A DNA stretch of 64,000 nucleotides from an uncultured Alphaproteobacteria bacterium (GTDB taxonomy: Bacteria; Pseudomonadota; Alphaproteobacteria; Rs-D84): contig CALDAH010000016.1 of assembly GCA_937903135.1 (NCBI GenBank), positions 774-64,773 on the forward strand, read 5' to 3'. The number at the start of each line of letters is the position of its first letter. Within the stretch, counting starts at the first letter, position 1. The position numbers and the translations under genes were made by a program. Below the pieces are notes generated by a model that saw only the letters and a program-made list of their open reading frames with translations, was not told the origin of the DNA and did not search any database. Below are positions 54,980 through 63,923 of this stretch, in pieces.

Positions 54980-55807
54980 ATGATTAAAAATAAAATAATC
55001 GCAATAAAACATCCCGGTAAAAACGTAGTAGAAGAATACCTGCGCACCACAACGGATCGGCCAAATTCAGATAAAGGTTATCAGGAACTTATCAGCTTCT
55101 TTGAACGTAAATATAAGTTTAAGGATGTGCGCGTTATTGTCGCATATGTTGCAAATATATTTTTACGTGCAACCGACCGGGATGGGACAGAGCTGTTTAT
55201 AAAATCTGGGCATCATTCGGGATTATATGAAAATGAATTTCAGATGACGCGCCAGCTTTATAATATAAATCCGCGATATTTCCTTAAGCCTTTGTATTAC
55301 CAAGATTTTGCACCGGTACAATTTTTTGCAAATGAATATATCGTCGCCCCGTCATTGGAAACAATGATCCGGAACGGGGTGCTGGGATCTAAACAGCGTC
55401 ATAAATTTATTCGTGATATTTATCAGATTTTTTTGGCGTTAAAGGATTCTGATGTTATTCATCGTGATATACGGCCTGCGAATTTCTTGGTTTATAAAAA
55501 TCGGTTAATATTAATTGATTTTCAATTGGCCGTATCTAAAACCGAATACCGCGAACTGCAATGGATGCGTGAAAAACCAAATCGTCTGCGTAAACTTGGC
55601 GGCAATGGTTTTAAGTATAAAACATTCGTATGGGACGATTCATATTCACTGTTAAAGGTTCTGGAATTCGTTGGCAGTGATAAATTATATGCTGACGAGT
55701 ATCAGAAAATTCATCGCGAGATTAAGTCTTATATCGGGACAAATACTATACGCGCGGCGGTACGTGAATCCGCGCCACACCGTTTAATGCGTCACATCCG
55801 GCATTAG
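54980..55807 (+). CDS. Protein-kinase-like fold protein (atypical; Kdo/WaaP- or eukaryotic-like)
   Basis: VIHRDIRPANFLV catalytic loop, LIDFQLA (DFG-like), ELFIKSG with a candidate catalytic Lys. Start uncertain (listed TTG 54962). Confidence 0.6.
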   Translation: MIKNKIIAIKHPGKNVVEEYLRTTTDRPNSDKGYQELISFFERKYKFKDVRVIVAYVANIFLRATDRDGTELFIKSGHHSGLYENEFQMTRQLYNINPRYFLKPLYYQDFAPVQFFANEYIVAPSLETMIRNGVLGSKQRHKFIRDIYQIFLALKDSDVIHRDIRPANFLVYKNRLILIDFQLAVSKTEYRELQWMREKPNRLRKLGGNGFKYKTFVWDDSYSLLKVLEFVGSDKLYADEYQKIHREIKSYIGTNTIRAAVRESAPHRLMRHIRH

Positions 55808-55815
55808 ATTTTTTT

Positions 55816-57018
55816 CTATACATCAAAATTATAGTTTTTCACGGATTTAACTATTGCCGCGACCAGTTTGTTTTGGTGTGCATCGCTGCGTAATAATTTT
55901 TCTTCGGCCGCATTAGATAAATGCCCCAGTTCCAATAACGCCCCCGGGACACTGGAACGCAATACCGCAAACGGTGCATGACGCACGCCGGGGCCGGGTT
56001 GTGCCTCAATCCCGCCGCCACGGAACGAACGTGAACACCCGGTTGCATATTCCTCGGACATCTCGGCTAATGCGTGTTGTTGCAGCGACGATAGCGCGGA
56101 ACGAATATCCCGCGGCAGATCATCCCAATCCGTTACCGCAATTTTATCCGCGGCGTTTTCCGATTCCGCTAATTTTTTAGCCTCCTCGTCAGATGCTTTT
56201 TCCGACAAAGTATATATTGAAAATCCCTTCATCGCGCGACTCGGGTTCGCATTCGCATGCAGTGACAAGAACAAATCCGCTTTGCGTTTTTCCGCGATCT
56301 GGGCACGTTCACCCAATTTTAAATACTTATCCGTACTGCGCGTCAGGTGCGTGGAATAACCATTCGCATCCAACCGCGCCTTTAACTTTTTAGCAACCGA
56401 TAAAACAATATCTTTTTCACGCGTCCCGTTTTTCCCGATACATCCCGGATCTTTGCCGCCGTGACCGGCATCAATTACAATTACATATTTTTTACCAGGC
56501 GCGTTTTTCTGGGGCGTATTTTGCGCTGTTTTTGCCCCGGATGACGCGGCAGTATTTTTCTTTGGTGTCGCCGCCGCAATCGCCGATGCCGCACCGGCGC
56601 CCGCGGAAAAATCCAACACCAGGCGATAGTCATTATCGCCATTGGGTTCTAAAATCATAATCTGATTTTTTGCAATCTGGGCAATCGGGCGATTAAGGTT
56701 TGCGCTGATCTGCAGCCGATCGCCAATCTGGGCCTGGGTAATGGACCGGATCAATGCCCCCTGGGCCAATGACGGTTTTAATGATTGATTAGCGGCAGTA
56801 TTGGCAATCGTTACCACCAGTTGATTTTCAGGATACGATAATGAATACGACGGGCGCTGGGACGTTTCAATTACCAAACGTGTTTTATTCCCCGGCTGAA
56901 CCCCGGAACGAACGGATTTCAGCATTCCACGGGCCGCAAACGCCATTCGTGGTAATGCCCCAATAACCAACACCCCAATTCCGGTTATTTTTAAAAGCCC
57001 TCGTCTTGATATTTGCAT
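55816..57018 (-). CDS. amiC: N-acetylmuramoyl-L-alanine amidase (AmiC-type, Tat signal, AMIN domain)
   Basis: MQISRRGLLK twin-Arg signal. VIVIDAGHGGKDPG, SLHAN, and LLELGHLSN amidase_3 motifs. Confidence 0.9.
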   Translation of the reverse strand: MQISRRGLLKITGIGVLVIGALPRMAFAARGMLKSVRSGVQPGNKTRLVIETSQRPSYSLSYPENQLVVTIANTAANQSLKPSLAQGALIRSITQAQIGDRLQISANLNRPIAQIAKNQIMILEPNGDNDYRLVLDFSAGAGAASAIAAATPKKNTAASSGAKTAQNTPQKNAPGKKYVIVIDAGHGGKDPGCIGKNGTREKDIVLSVAKKLKARLDANGYSTHLTRSTDKYLKLGERAQIAEKRKADLFLSLHANANPSRAMKGFSIYTLSEKASDEEAKKLAESENAADKIAVTDWDDLPRDIRSALSSLQQHALAEMSEEYATGCSRSFRGGGIEAQPGPGVRHAPFAVLRSSVPGALLELGHLSNAAEEKLLRSDAHQNKLVAAIVKSVKNYNFDV

Positions 57019-57087
57019 GTTAAAAAGTATACCAAAAAATTAGTCCGGACGCAAGTGGCAAACCGCCATCCGCGACCGGGCTATTTG

Positions 57088-57519
57088 TTAAAATTTACCG
57101 GTTTTCATTTCTGCCCCGACATAGAATTTATATTCATCGGGCATAAAACGCAGTATTACAAATGATTTATCATCTGGGCCGGAATATCCAAAACGCTTAA
57201 AATCATCGCGCCATAATTCGTTTTTAAATTCCGTATCGTTTATAATTTCTAATTTCCCGTATAAACGCAAGGCATGACGATTTTCCGGATTATAATAGTA
57301 CAAACAACACCCGGGATTTTTTAAAATCTGGGCGTATTTAGGCGTCGTATTGCCCGTTAAAAAATGCAGCCGGGCCGTGGTTGCATCACGGTTCATTTGG
57401 TTTGTAACATGACGCACATCGGGATATTCCCCCGCCCCGAATGTGGCCAGCATCACAGAATCACATGCCCGAATGATTTCCAGAACAGATTGCAATACGT
57501 CGTTATTCATCTTTTGCAC
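57088..57519 (-). CDS. Pyridoxamine 5'-phosphate oxidase-fold family protein
   Basis: About 140 aa. The pattern ...SVMLATFGAGEYPDVRHV...LHFLTGNTTPK...YGKLEII resembles the general-stress-protein-26/PNPOx split barrel. Confidence 0.65.
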   Translation of the reverse strand: MQKMNNDVLQSVLEIIRACDSVMLATFGAGEYPDVRHVTNQMNRDATTARLHFLTGNTTPKYAQILKNPGCCLYYYNPENRHALRLYGKLEIINDTEFKNELWRDDFKRFGYSGPDDKSFVILRFMPDEYKFYVGAEMKTGKF

Positions 57520-57964
57520 TTAATTTTTCCAGTATTTTATCCAGTTTATTTAATTCACCGCCCGCGCATCCACGACCGCGCCATGCTAATATCTCTTGGC
57601 CCGTTTTCTGATCGGCAATAGATACATTAAAATTCCACCACCAAAATCCACTAAACGGACAGAACAGCGGGCTATATTTTTCCCGGCGTTCAGATACAGA
57701 TACCACATAGCGAACATTGGCCGGTATATCAACACTCATAAAGTTTATATCATCACCATCATTACGTGATGTACGATTTGTTTTTACCTTGCCGACGATT
57801 ACTGTATGGCCTTGTTTTTCTAATTTCTGTTTTATGGCGCGTTTCATAGAAAATCCACCGCGTTCGGCATAAACAACTGATCCGGGTTTTAGTGTACCTT
57901 CCTTTACATACATAGAATTACATCCCGCCAATAATAACAGAAATATTAATAAATATTTTTTCAT
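57503..57964 (-). CDS. Hypothetical lipoprotein (153 aa)
   Basis: Lipobox LLLAGC. No family recognised. Overlaps the downstream gene by 17 nt. Confidence 0.6.
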   Translation of the reverse strand: MKKYLLIFLLLLAGCNSMYVKEGTLKPGSVVYAERGGFSMKRAIKQKLEKQGHTVIVGKVKTNRTSRNDGDDINFMSVDIPANVRYVVSVSERREKYSPLFCPFSGFWWWNFNVSIADQKTGQEILAWRGRGCAGGELNKLDKILEKLSAKDE

Positions 57965-58050
57965 ATCCCCTCCGATTTGTATATAGGTTTTAATTCATAA
58001 TAAGAATATTATATAAAAGCTTCTGTAATCACAAGTTATAAATTCAGATA

Positions 58051-58078
58051 TTGATTTTATTAGAAAAAAGTTTATAAT
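58051..58078 (+). promoter_or_regulatory. Sigma70-like promoter TTGATT-16 nt-TATAAT of tRNA-Arg
   Basis: TTGATT 58051-58056, TATAAT 58073-58078, 15 nt before the tRNA 5' end. Confidence 0.45.
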
Positions 58079-58093
58079 GCGCATAAATAAAAC

Positions 58094-58170
58094 GCACCCA
58101 TGGCCTAACTGGATATGGCACGTCCCTCCGAAGGACGGGGTTGCAGGTTCGAATCCTGCTGGGTGCGCCA
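58094..58170 (+). tRNA. tRNA-Arg (anticodon CCG)
   Basis: GCACCCATGGCCTAACTGGATATGGCACGTCCCTCCGAAGGACGGGGTTGCAGGTTCGAATCCTGCTGGGTGCGCCA. Anticodon stem-loop CGTCC-CTCCGAA-GGACG. Confidence 0.93.
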
Positions 58171-58237
58171 GTTATTAGCTTTCCTATCGCAAATGGAATA
58201 AAGATTACCAAGCACAATATCATCGCAGTGCGATCTA

Positions 58238-58774
58238 TCAATACCCACTGTAATCATTGTTTTGAAACAATCGCCATTCGGCATCCCGACGATTGTCTAA
58301 AACCCCACGATTCCTAAATGCTTTCCAGGCAGATTCTTGCGTAGGATATTTATTACTGCGATAATTCTTGTCATTTATATATTTTCTAATGGTTGACTGG
58401 TATAATCCCCTGTTAACATTTTCGGGCGCGGCAGATCCAGGCCCAATATTAAATACCAATGAAACAAGCGCATCATATTGATGCTGTTGCATTTCTGCCA
58501 AAACATTATGGTCTATTTGTTTAGCTATCGCGTCATACGTAGACTGTAAATCCTGCTGGAATAATTCTGTCGCTTCTCTTTCGGTTAAACCATTGCTAAA
58601 ATCCTCGTCGGGCTTTATCAGGTGTCCATATCCAATCGTTGCGCCCGGCGGTAACGCTGCCCCTGCCCGAACAGGCAACCCGGTTATATCATCATAGATC
58701 ACATGCCGCCCATCTACTTTGACACTCCCCTCTAATTTTTTAAGCCATTCCATTCCTCTATTACTTATTTTCAT
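58238..58774 (-). CDS. GH24 (phage T4/lambda-type) lysozyme
   Basis: GMEWLKKLEG...VIYDDITGLP...TIGYGH fits the E-x8-D-x5-T lysozyme catalytic pattern. DALVSLVFNIG. Confidence 0.85.
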   Translation of the reverse strand: MKISNRGMEWLKKLEGSVKVDGRHVIYDDITGLPVRAGAALPPGATIGYGHLIKPDEDFSNGLTEREATELFQQDLQSTYDAIAKQIDHNVLAEMQQHQYDALVSLVFNIGPGSAAPENVNRGLYQSTIRKYINDKNYRSNKYPTQESAWKAFRNRGVLDNRRDAEWRLFQNNDYSGY

Positions 58775-58847
58775 ATTTTTGATATCCTTTTCTATTTCAT
58801 TCTGCCCTTAAAAATTGTGGCGTTTCATTGATTGTCATTTAAATCAA

Positions 58848-58899
58848 ATAAAAAAGCCCCGCATGCGGCGGGGTAATAAAAACAGCGGCAATTGCCGCG
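58848..58899 (-). terminator. Two consecutive hairpin terminators on the minus strand
   Basis: CCCCGC/GCGGGG (58857-58873) and the palindrome GCGGCAATTGCCGC (58885-58898). On the minus strand each is followed by a T-run. Confidence 0.5.
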
Positions 58900-59030
58900 C
58901 TTTTTCATGTGTTTAATTATACCACAAACGCGGGCGAAAATCAATATAAACCGCCATCGGGGGTTGGGCAATGTATGCTGCGCGGGGGCAAAAGCAACAT
59001 CCCGCGGGATTTCCGTGGGATGTGTCATAT

Positions 59031-59052
59031 TCCTGGCCGGCACGAAGGGATT
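59031..59052 (-). repeat. Degenerate copy of the 3' end of tRNA-Ser(GGA) plus 3 flanking nt
   Basis: TCCTGGCCGGCACGAAGGGATT compared with TCCTGGCGGAGACGAAGGGATT at 59225-59246: 19 of 22 identical, ungapped, same orientation. Confidence 0.5.
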
Positions 59053-59194
59053 GTATATTCCCACCGCTGTTGCGGCGGGCCTCTTTCGCTACGTACGGCT
59101 CAAACTTCGTCATTGAACTGTCTCGTTTTCGCCAACTGACGCCCCGAACCTGCAACTTGCGTTGCAAATGTTTCGTCCACGCTTCTTCCGGGAT

Positions 59195-59224
59195 AAAAAA
59201 CGCCCCATATGGGGCATTTTTTTA
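59195..59224. terminator. Bidirectional hairpin terminator next to tRNA-Ser
   Basis: AAAAAACGCCCC-ATAT-GGGGCATTTTTTT. Confidence 0.6.
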
Positions 59225-59227
59225 TCC

Positions 59228-59318
59228 TGGCGGAGACGAAGGGATTCGAACCCTTGATACCGTTGACGGTATACTACATTTCCAATGTAGCGCACTAGAC
59301 CAACTATGCGACGTCTCC
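59228..59318 (-). tRNA. tRNA-Ser (anticodon GGA)
   Basis: Reverse complement GGAGACGTCGCATAGTTGGTCTAGTGCGCTACATTGGAAATGTAGTATACCGTCAACGGTATCAAGGGTTCGAATCCCTTCGTCTCCGCCA. Long variable arm, anticodon loop TTGGAAA. Confidence 0.93.
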
Positions 59319-59324
59319 GAATTT

Positions 59325-59696
59325 TTATTCCGCGTCCGCCGATGCGTCATCTGCATCTTCTGCGACAGGTTCATCCGCCGCCAATGCATTTTCCAATTCC
59401 GCATCAATTTCACGTAATAACGGATCTTCTGCACCGATTTCTAATGATTCTTCGCCAGATTCTGTTATCGGGTTTTCTTTATACGACTGAACAAATTCGT
59501 GACGAACCGCATCAACATCCAATTTACCACTGGCAATTTCACGTAACGCAACAACCGTTAACTTATCTTTACCTTTTTCTACGACCGCTTCTGCACCACC
59601 GTTTAGGTCGCGAACACGCTGAGATGCCAGCATCCCTAGCTCATAACGGCTTTCTACAAATGGTAATGTATCTGAATTTGTTGTACGGGCCATCAT
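59325..59696 (-). CDS. rpoZ: DNA-directed RNA polymerase omega subunit
   Basis: MARTT...SRYELGMLASQRVRDLNGGA...DKLTVVALREIASGKL. AAGGA SD favours ATG 59696. Confidence 0.88.
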   Translation of the reverse strand: MMARTTNSDTLPFVESRYELGMLASQRVRDLNGGAEAVVEKGKDKLTVVALREIASGKLDVDAVRHEFVQSYKENPITESGEESLEIGAEDPLLREIDAELENALAADEPVAEDADDASADAE

Positions 59697-59744
59697 AAAA
59701 TCCTTTGTTGAAATCATTTTTAACCCCGATATAATGCCTTATGG

Positions 59745-60992
59745 ATGGTAAAAATGCAAGCAGAAAATAATAAAAACAATATTAAAACGCTTTCTATGGG
59801 CTGTCGGCTGAATGCGTTGGAATCGGAAAAGATTCAAAAAATGCTATCGGGCCATATTAATACAGCGATTATAGTTAATACATGCGCCGTTACAGCCGAA
59901 GCCGAACGGCAATCCGGTCAATCCATCCGACGTATCGCCCGGGAAAATCCAAACGCCCCGATATTCGTAACAGGATGCGCGGCAACACGCAATCCGGTGC
60001 TTTTTGGTCAGATTCCAAATACTTTTGTTATTCATAACCGGGATAAAATGAATATATCTGCGTATATTACCGCGATGCAGAATTCGCCGTGCGGCATCAC
60101 AAATCCGATGATTGAAAAGTTTAATAATACCGATACAGTTCTGTCAAAGCGTTTTGTTCAGGTTCAAAATGGTTGTAACCATAAATGCGCATATTGCGTA
60201 ACGCGTCTGTTGCGTGGGCCGGGGGTATCGTTTGAATATAATGATATTTTATCCGACGTTCGCGATGCCGTAAAATCCGGGTTTTACGAGATTGTCCTGA
60301 CCGGGGTTGATATTGCCAGCTATGCACGTGATGGGATGCTGATATCGGACGTTTGCAAGTGCCTGCTGCGCGACGTGCCGGAAATTCAACGCCTGCGCCT
60401 GTCATCAATGGATCCGGCATCGCCCGAGATTTTTAAGATAATAGATCTAATGCACAGCGATGCGCGTATGATGCCGCATATGCACCTGTCTATGCAATCG
60501 GGGTCGGATACGGTTCTGGGTGCGATGGGGCGGCGACACAATGGCGAAACCGTTCGTCGCATCGTCCGTGCCGCCGGTGAAAATATAACGTTTAGCTGGG
60601 ATATAATCTGTGGATTCCCGGGCGAAAGCGACCAGCTGTTCGCCGAAACTTTGGCCCTGGTGCGTGATACACGCCCGATTAAGATTCATGCGTTTCCATT
60701 TTCGCCCCGCCCCGGAACGCCGGCCGCCGATATGCCCGGTCAAAACGATCGTTCCGTATCCAAGCACCGCGGGCACGAGATTACGGGCATTGCCGATGAA
60801 AACATGTCGGATTTTATGAATCGCTGCGTTAACGCCACGGCCCAGATACTGGTTGAGGAAAATAATATCGCCCGTGATCCACACGATATTCCGGTAAAAA
60901 TCACTGGTGATAAAATCGCCGCTAAAACGATCTGTGATGTTTATATCAGCGGCATTGAAAATAACATGTTCATCGGGCATATTGTGAAATAG
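59745..60992 (+). CDS. mtaB: Radical-SAM methylthiotransferase, MtaB-like
   Basis: N-terminal MGCRLNALESE...NTCAVT (UPF0004 Cys triad) and the CNHKCAYC radical SAM cluster. Confidence 0.85.
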   Translation: MVKMQAENNKNNIKTLSMGCRLNALESEKIQKMLSGHINTAIIVNTCAVTAEAERQSGQSIRRIARENPNAPIFVTGCAATRNPVLFGQIPNTFVIHNRDKMNISAYITAMQNSPCGITNPMIEKFNNTDTVLSKRFVQVQNGCNHKCAYCVTRLLRGPGVSFEYNDILSDVRDAVKSGFYEIVLTGVDIASYARDGMLISDVCKCLLRDVPEIQRLRLSSMDPASPEIFKIIDLMHSDARMMPHMHLSMQSGSDTVLGAMGRRHNGETVRRIVRAAGENITFSWDIICGFPGESDQLFAETLALVRDTRPIKIHAFPFSPRPGTPAADMPGQNDRSVSKHRGHEITGIADENMSDFMNRCVNATAQILVEENNIARDPHDIPVKITGDKIAAKTICDVYISGIENNMFIGHIVK

Positions 60993-61084
60993 CAATATAA
61001 AATACTGCGCTGATTACAACGGGGTATTTTTTATGTAAAAAATATATTGGCAATCGGGATTTATATTGCTATTATCTTTATGCT

Positions 61085-62263
61085 ATGAAAAAGAAAATAT
61101 TTACCCTGCTATTATTAATAATTACAACGTCGGCGCATGCTGATTTTTCCACCCGGGCGCGTTCGGCATTCTTGGTTGACTATGATTCCGGTGCGGAAAT
61201 TGTTGCGAAAAACGCGGATACATTAATGCCGCCATCGTCAATGATTAAGCTAATGACACTGGCCGTATTGTTTGACGAGATTAAGGCCGGACGTTTAACG
61301 ATGGATGACCGACTGCCGGTTAGTGAAAATGCCGACTATAACGATCCTAAATGGTATCCGGCCAGCAAGATTTGCCTGATCGCGGGTCAAACGCTGTCTG
61401 TGCGTGATGCGATTCTGGGACTGATTGTTTTATCGGGCGGCGACGCGTCGGTGGTTGTTGCGGAAAAACTTGCCGGGTCCGAGATTGCGTTTACCGATCT
61501 AATGACGAAAAAGGCGCGATCTATTGGAATGCCAAAATCCACATTTGGGAATGCGAGTGGCCTGCCCGATCCGAATAATTTAATGACCAGTCGCGAACTG
61601 GCAACACTTGCGTCGCACGTTATATCTGAATTTCCGGATATTTACCCGATGTTTGCGACAAAACGCTTTGAATTCGGGGAACATAAAACCGATTGGTGTC
61701 GCGATTGGGGGCGAACCCATACGGTTAACTATAACAAACTGCTATTTATTATGCCGGGCGCAGATGGTTTAAAGACCGGCCATACCGACGACGGCGGATA
61801 CGGCATGGTCGCAAGCAGCGTTGTTGGCGGACGCCGACTGGTTGCGGTATTAAACGGCTTTAACGGCAAGGGTCACGATGCCCTGGCGGCCGAGATGAAA
61901 AAATTATTAAACCACGGGTATGCGACCACTACTAATAAGGTTTTCTATCGTCCGGGCGATAAAATTGCCAAGATTCCGGTATGGTACGGGCGCGTACCGT
62001 TCGCGATTGCAACAATTGAAAAACCGTTTGCGGTAACACTGCCGAAATCGGCGGGGCTGGCCGGGATTCGTGTTCTGGCGCGGTATGACGATCCGGTTCG
62101 CGCACCGGTTAATGCGGGTGATACAATCGGGGAAATTATTGCCGAACAAAACGGACGCGTTATTGCACGCGCACCGCTGATTGCAAAGGAACGGGTGGCC
62201 AAGACTCAATTCTTTGGCCGCGTGATTAAAAACATAAAAGTAATATTCGGGGGACGCGGATAA
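61085..62263 (+). CDS. D-alanyl-D-alanine carboxypeptidase (PBP5/6, S11 family)
   Basis: Signal peptide. SMIKLMT (SxxK), LSGGDAS, LKTGHT (KTG). Confidence 0.88.
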   Translation: MKKKIFTLLLLIITTSAHADFSTRARSAFLVDYDSGAEIVAKNADTLMPPSSMIKLMTLAVLFDEIKAGRLTMDDRLPVSENADYNDPKWYPASKICLIAGQTLSVRDAILGLIVLSGGDASVVVAEKLAGSEIAFTDLMTKKARSIGMPKSTFGNASGLPDPNNLMTSRELATLASHVISEFPDIYPMFATKRFEFGEHKTDWCRDWGRTHTVNYNKLLFIMPGADGLKTGHTDDGGYGMVASSVVGGRRLVAVLNGFNGKGHDALAAEMKKLLNHGYATTTNKVFYRPGDKIAKIPVWYGRVPFAIATIEKPFAVTLPKSAGLAGIRVLARYDDPVRAPVNAGDTIGEIIAEQNGRVIARAPLIAKERVAKTQFFGRVIKNIKVIFGGRG

Positions 62264-63165
62264 TGGCAGCGCGAAAGCAGGCAAATTCATATAATTTCCC
62301 TGACCCGATAGATAACGATACACTAATCGGCCATGCGGATACCATCGGGACGTTTATGAACGCATGGGAAATGCGCGATACACACCCGGTTCACCCCGTA
62401 TGGATGCTGACCGGCCCACGTGGAATTGGCAAGGCAACACTGGCATATAAAATCGCCCGAAATGTTTACGGGAATGTCGGCGATTTCTTTATAATTGATT
62501 TGGCCCGAAATATTGACAAGGATGGAAAATCCAAACCCGACGGCAAGGTTATATCCGTATACACCATCCGGGCAATGATCGAACGGATGCAGATGTCATC
62601 TATGTCGGGCGAATGGCGCGTTGTTTTAATTGATTCCATTGACGAGCTGAATACCGCCGCATCCAATGCAATATTAAAACTGCTGGAAGAACCGCCGGCA
62701 AAAACACTGTTTTTATTAATTGTTCATCAGCTGGCGAATGTTTTACCGACCGTTCGTTCCCGTGCCCGCGTTGAAAAAATGCGACCGCTGACGATTTCAA
62801 ACCTGCGCGATCTGTGTGCAAAATTTATCCCGGACGAAGATATCAGCACCGATACACTGCGACTGGCGAATGGCAGTTTCGGTAAAATCGCTAACTTAAA
62901 AAAATCCGGCGGCGATCAGATTTATGCAGAACTAATCGCGTTATTACAAAACGACCGCAGTACGCAATCCGATATAATGGCAATGGCGAAAAAGATTGCC
63001 CCATGCCCTGAATTGCACGGGATACTGCTGGATGCGATCGCGTCATTTGGGATTGCAGAAATCTATCCGATGGCCACGCACGCAATTGCGGATATAAATA
63101 CCGTATACCTTGAACCGGAAATTGCGATATTTAAAATTATCAACGAAATAAAAAAATGTTTATAG
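62263..63165 (+). CDS. holB: DNA polymerase III subunit delta'
   Basis: LLTGPRGIGKATLA, ...NAILKLLEEPP..TLFLLI...LPTVRSRA. Confidence 0.85.
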   Translation: MAARKQANSYNFPDPIDNDTLIGHADTIGTFMNAWEMRDTHPVHPVWMLTGPRGIGKATLAYKIARNVYGNVGDFFIIDLARNIDKDGKSKPDGKVISVYTIRAMIERMQMSSMSGEWRVVLIDSIDELNTAASNAILKLLEEPPAKTLFLLIVHQLANVLPTVRSRARVEKMRPLTISNLRDLCAKFIPDEDISTDTLRLANGSFGKIANLKKSGGDQIYAELIALLQNDRSTQSDIMAMAKKIAPCPELHGILLDAIASFGIAEIYPMATHAIADINTVYLEPEIAIFKIINEIKKCL

Positions 63166-63923
63166 ACACACACTGTCATTTAACCGACAATTTTCGCGCG
63201 GGGGACATAGACGCCGTTTTATCACGCGCCCGGGATACGGGCGTCGGCACAATAATATGCCCGACCGCCGACCCGGCCGATATCCCCACCGCATTAGAGA
63301 TATCACAAAAATACGACAATATATTTAATACAATCGGCATTCACCCGGAATACGCCGGGACTGATATTAATCCGGTGGACCATATCACAGATGCGATATT
63401 GCAAAATCCGCGTGTTGTTGGTATTGGCGAAATCGGACTGGACTATCACTATGGGTGCGATAATCGCGATGCCCAGATTAAGTTGTTTGAATCACAGCTG
63501 GAAATTGCGACCCGCGCCGGACTGCCGGTGGCGATTCACACGCGCGATGCAGATGATGATACGGCGGCGATTTTATCACACGCCAATGTTCGCGGGGTTA
63601 TGCATTGCTATACCAGCTCGTGGGAATTGGCGCGAAAAATGCTGGATCGCGGATTTTATTTTTCAGCCAGCGGTATTTTAACATTTAAAAACGCAGACGC
63701 CATTCGCGATATTTTTGCAAAAATCCCAAATGACCGAATAGTTATTGAAACCGACAGCCCGTATTGTGCCCCCGTTCCACATCGCGGGACGACGTGTGAA
63801 CCGGCGTTTGTGGCGGATACCGCACGCGTTTTGGCCACGGTAAAAGGCTTGCAATTAACCGAACTTGCGGATATACTATTGGACAACACACAAAAACTAT
63901 ACCCAAAATGTCACGTCAATTAA
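63156..63923 (+). CDS. tatD: TatD family metal-dependent hydrolase
   Basis: MFIDTHCHL, GEIGLDYHY, AIHTRDA, HCY, ETDSPY. Confidence 0.9.
   Translation: MFIDTHCHLTDNFRAGDIDAVLSRARDTGVGTIICPTADPADIPTALEISQKYDNIFNTIGIHPEYAGTDINPVDHITDAILQNPRVVGIGEIGLDYHYGCDNRDAQIKLFESQLEIATRAGLPVAIHTRDADDDTAAILSHANVRGVMHCYTSSWELARKMLDRGFYFSASGILTFKNADAIRDIFAKIPNDRIVIETDSPYCAPVPHRGTTCEPAFVADTARVLATVKGLQLTELADILLDNTQKLYPKCHVN

Noticed and set aside
58825-59417. ORFs 58825..59064(-), 58913..59167(-), 58892..59139(+) and 58971..59417(+), and identification of the region as RNase P, SRP, 6S or ydaO RNA.
   Set aside because: The ORFs read through terminator hairpins or into tRNA-Ser and have no SD. I could not find the universal RNase P (GGAAAGTCCGGGC), SRP domain IV or ydaO core motifs on either strand. 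The region is kept only as an unassigned candidate in the findings.
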